Shown: piece by piece, positions 24,754 through 27,672 of the stretch
How the letters are laid out: each line of letters begins with the position of its first letter
Numbering within the stretch: position 1 is the stretch's first letter
Assembly: GCA_049512075.1 (NCBI GenBank)
Contig: JBEKXL010000026.1
Location: 1-27,672 of the forward strand
From: Candidatus Bathyarchaeia archaeon
GTDB taxonomy: Archaea > Thermoproteota > Bathyarchaeia > Bathyarchaeales > Bathycorpusculaceae
Direction of reading: 5' to 3'
Length of the DNA: 27,672 bases
The notes under the pieces: model-generated
Told to the model about the DNA's origin: nothing
What the model saw: only the letters and a program-made list of their open reading frames with translations
Database searches by the model: none
Position numbers and translations under genes: made by a program

Positions 24754-27183
24754 ATGAAGATTTTAGCTGTTGCAGCATGTATTGTTCTTACAATAATGAT
24801 GTTCGCACCGATTGCACCTGTCCACGCAATAGCACCGATAGCGGACGAACACATGAACACGATTCAGTACAGGTATTTTGACGGTCAAGACTCTCTGTTC
24901 ACTGCCCTGCTGACGCCAGACAGCGCCGGCGGAATCGACATCATGGGTTGGCCGATTACAAAAGCCGAATATAACTTGGAAATAAACAACACGGCCATAT
25001 GCGTCATGCCGTTCGTTGAGGCTGGCGAGTTTGAGATAGCCTTCAACAACAACTGGACTGACGGTGTCCACATGGACCGCAGAAGCCCAATGAACTTCAC
25101 CGACGTCAGGAACGCGCTGAACTGCCTGGTGAATAAGCCAGGAGTAATCGCCGGCCCAACCCTTCAGGGTTTCGCCACGAGAAGCGACACCCAGGTTCCC
25201 GACCCGCTCATGCACCAGTACGTGAACACAGCCGTTTCTTACCCCAACTACCCATGGGAATTCAACGAGACCAAAGCCATCCAGATCCTCTACACGGGTG
25301 GCTGGTACAACCACGCCTTCTACCCGACACTCCAGAGCGCCATCGACACAGTCAACAACGGCACGATGGCAAGCAACGGTGGCACAACTAAAGGTGTCGT
25401 GTACTCCGGCAATGACCCCCACGGTCAATGGGGCGGAGGCGACCCGAAAGCCACCGCAAACTCTGCAATCGCCAACACCCCACTCGCAACCCTGGTCGCA
25501 TATGTTCGAAGCGCAGACGCGCGAAAAGACCTGGGTGACATGTTCCAGGCCGAACTCACAAAGATAGGCATTCCCTCCGCAGAAAACTACAAGCCCTTCT
25601 ATGCTGCTATGAGACCCTACGTGCTGGACGCACAGCTATACGACTGGGCAACCCTAGGCTACAGCATGGGCTCGCCGCCAAACTGGTGGTACACCGAGCT
25701 CACGCCCGCAGGCATCTACTCCGGAGGTCCCAACCCCTACCTAGTTGACGACTCAAACACGACCAAATATGCGCTCGCGGCCTTTTCAGACAGTACTCCA
25801 GCCCAATACAACCTTGACCAGTTGACTGTTCAGTACAACCTGGTCATGGAGTCCTACTTGGTGCCCGGCTACTCCCCAGCAACCTACTGCGCCTACAAGA
25901 CAGGCATGTTGAGCATGCTGAACGAGCTGGGCTACGGCACACAAGGCCAAAACCAACTCCTGAACTGGATAATGTTGCACGCCAGAAAATCCAACATGGT
26001 GCTGTACTCTGGTCCTCCATCGGGTACGCCAGAAAGCAACATAATCTACTACGGCGTTTACAACCCGCCAGACATGCTAAACCCAATCTTCAGCGACGAG
26101 GTCTGTGACTTCCAAGTATTGGACGAAATGTTCACATATCCAATGGCTGCTAACCCGTACAATGACATCGTCCCAGGCAGCGCAATCACCGGCTTCCCAC
26201 AGGGCAGCGACCTGCCCTGGATGGCCTACGCCTGGAAGATTGAAACCATCACCGACTCAGCCACAGGACTGGTGGGCGACTCGAACGTCACGTTCTGGTT
26301 TAGGCACGACTTCTACTGGAGTGATGGCGTGCCTTTTGACGTGAACGACCTCAACTACACCATATACATAAACGCGTTCTACGGTGACTCTTGGACCAAC
26401 GCGGCAATGGTGTTCATGACCAACCAAACAAACGGCTACAAACCCTACTTCCAGAGATGGGACCAATGGACCTGCTCTGTCTGGGTCAGCACAGCGAGCT
26501 GGCTGAACCTGTACATGCCAAACGTTGAAATTGTACCGGAACACATCTACAAGTGGATACAGCCAAGCAACGCTACAGATGCCAATAATGGCGTATCGAA
26601 AGACGGTCTACACGGCCTATGGCCTGGCCAGGCCGCGGTCCTAGGCAACGTGCTGCCAGGCGCACCTTTCACGCTGTCGCAGCTCACCGACCCGAACCAC
26701 GGAATGGAAATCACGTGGGTTGGCACAGGCCCATTCACGTACCGACCGGGCACCACAAGTTCCGGAGGGTTCGTCGCAGGTGGAGGCGTAACCCTCGACC
26801 GCAACCCAGCCTTCCCGATAAACCCATTGATAGTTGAAATAGCCTTCAAGTACACGTGGCTCAACACTGCTCCTTCAGCGCAACCGTCGGGCGGATACTA
26901 CAAGATAGGCTTGGCGGACTTGGTTATGCTTGCTAACTCGTACCAAACCTACCGTGGAACACCGCCTGGAGCAGTGCCACTCATGCCAACAGGAGCCCAC
27001 TATTGGAACCCAGCAGCTGACGTGGCTGCACCTGCAGGCGTCATCAGCCTGACAGACCTGGTCACGTTAGCCTATTTCGCCGGCGTGTATGGATGGTACT
27101 GGGGCAACTACAGCTACAACATACCAACAAGCCAAATTTCGCCTTCGGAACTGGCATACGCAGCACAATACGGCTGGCCATAA
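24754..27183 (+). CDS. ABC transporter substrate-binding protein, family 5 (Opp/Dpp-like), circularly permuted, with C-terminal dockerin-like repeats
   Basis: Signal peptide ending VHA; VRNALN, FNETKA, LNPI, WSDGVPF..NDL and GTGPF motifs; C-terminal IGLADLVMLA...WNPAADV...ISLTDLVTLA. Confidence 0.85.
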   Translation: MKILAVAACIVLTIMMFAPIAPVHAIAPIADEHMNTIQYRYFDGQDSLFTALLTPDSAGGIDIMGWPITKAEYNLEINNTAICVMPFVEAGEFEIAFNNNWTDGVHMDRRSPMNFTDVRNALNCLVNKPGVIAGPTLQGFATRSDTQVPDPLMHQYVNTAVSYPNYPWEFNETKAIQILYTGGWYNHAFYPTLQSAIDTVNNGTMASNGGTTKGVVYSGNDPHGQWGGGDPKATANSAIANTPLATLVAYVRSADARKDLGDMFQAELTKIGIPSAENYKPFYAAMRPYVLDAQLYDWATLGYSMGSPPNWWYTELTPAGIYSGGPNPYLVDDSNTTKYALAAFSDSTPAQYNLDQLTVQYNLVMESYLVPGYSPATYCAYKTGMLSMLNELGYGTQGQNQLLNWIMLHARKSNMVLYSGPPSGTPESNIIYYGVYNPPDMLNPIFSDEVCDFQVLDEMFTYPMAANPYNDIVPGSAITGFPQGSDLPWMAYAWKIETITDSATGLVGDSNVTFWFRHDFYWSDGVPFDVNDLNYTIYINAFYGDSWTNAAMVFMTNQTNGYKPYFQRWDQWTCSVWVSTASWLNLYMPNVEIVPEHIYKWIQPSNATDANNGVSKDGLHGLWPGQAAVLGNVLPGAPFTLSQLTDPNHGMEITWVGTGPFTYRPGTTSSGGFVAGGGVTLDRNPAFPINPLIVEIAFKYTWLNTAPSAQPSGGYYKIGLADLVMLANSYQTYRGTPPGAVPLMPTGAHYWNPAADVAAPAGVISLTDLVTLAYFAGVYGWYWGNYSYNIPTSQISPSELAYAAQYGWP

Positions 27184-27200
27184 ACCAGCAAAAACACCAA

Positions 27201-27218
27201 CTCTCCCCCCCATTTTTC
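27201..27218 (+). terminator. Putative pyrimidine-tract terminator of the SBP gene
   Basis: CTCTCCCCCCCATTTTTC starting 18 bp after the stop codon. Confidence 0.45.
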
Positions 27219-27545
27219 TGTCGCTCGCGCGTAATGCTTGAACGTAACAAAACCACTCAGACCTGTCTATATTGGCAAAGCACTACGCCCAACACTACCC
27301 ATAACTCCCCTTTTCCATTGAGCAATCGCGGGCTAGCTGATCTTGAGAATGACCAGGTATTCATTGAAGGCTTCAGGGAGAAGTACAGGCTGGCCTAGAA
27401 GATCCGCAGGCGGTTCAAAGCCTCAAGCCTTTCTTTTTCTCTGTCTCAGGTCTTTTTTTGGCTCCATTTCTTTTCTGTTTTCGTCCTTTCGTCACTACCC
27501 CAACTACCACACAAGCCACAAGAAGTTGCCGAATGAAACCCATAA

Positions 27546-27653
27546 AGCGCGCTGGCTTGTCCCTAAAATGGTTAAAAATGGTTTTTATTCTTCTTTTGTC
27601 TTTTCGAGTTGGATATGGGCTTGTTTTCTGGGCAAATCTTGGCCGCGCGCTAA
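27546..27653 (+). repeat. Third locus of the GCGCGC-anchored TGTTCC arm, closed by another CG palindrome
   Basis: AGCGCGC-TGGCT-TGTCCCTAAAATGGTTAAAAATGGTTTT is 31/40 identical to 421-460; CGCGCGCTAA at 27644-27653. Confidence 0.7.
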
Positions 27654-27672
27654 GATGGCAAATCAACGGGTT

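Noticed and set aside
23356-27672. Integrated provirus or island with attL/attR at tRNA-Ala
   Set aside because: I saw no duplicate of the tRNA 3' end and no integrase in the window; it could lie beyond the edge, so this is unsupported rather than excluded.

Overview
Archaeal chromosomal window, most likely TACK/Bathyarchaeia-like. This lineage call is an inference from gene content and order, the smc-scpA-scpB operon and a dockerin-tagged solute-binding protein. About 1.8-22.3 kb is housekeeping DNA: rps13-rps4-rps11-rpoD-rpl18e-rpl13-rps9-rpoN-eno-rps2-MEMO1-mvk-ipk-fni-polyprenyl synthase-gltX-srp19 on the + strand, then rps8e, scpB-scpA-smc, a DUF2096-like gene, a nitroreductase and an adenosine-specific-kinase-family gene on the - strand. 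The right end holds a small CxxC-x17-CxxC gene missed by the ORF track, tRNA-Ala(UGC), small or fragmentary genes and an orphan, circularly permuted family-5 solute-binding protein. The most unusual signal is non-coding. The intergenic DNA at both ends is punctuated by GCGCGC(GC) palindromes, several with conserved arms (consensus AGCGCGC-N5-TGTTCCTAAA). They occur as inverted pairs bounding 133-517 bp modules, abut or supply stop codons, follow the tRNA CCA directly, and mark the edges of a truncated gene. This looks like an undescribed modular repeat or recombination-site system, but no recombinase or transposase is encoded in this window, so its function is a hypothesis. All counts and alignments were done by eye.
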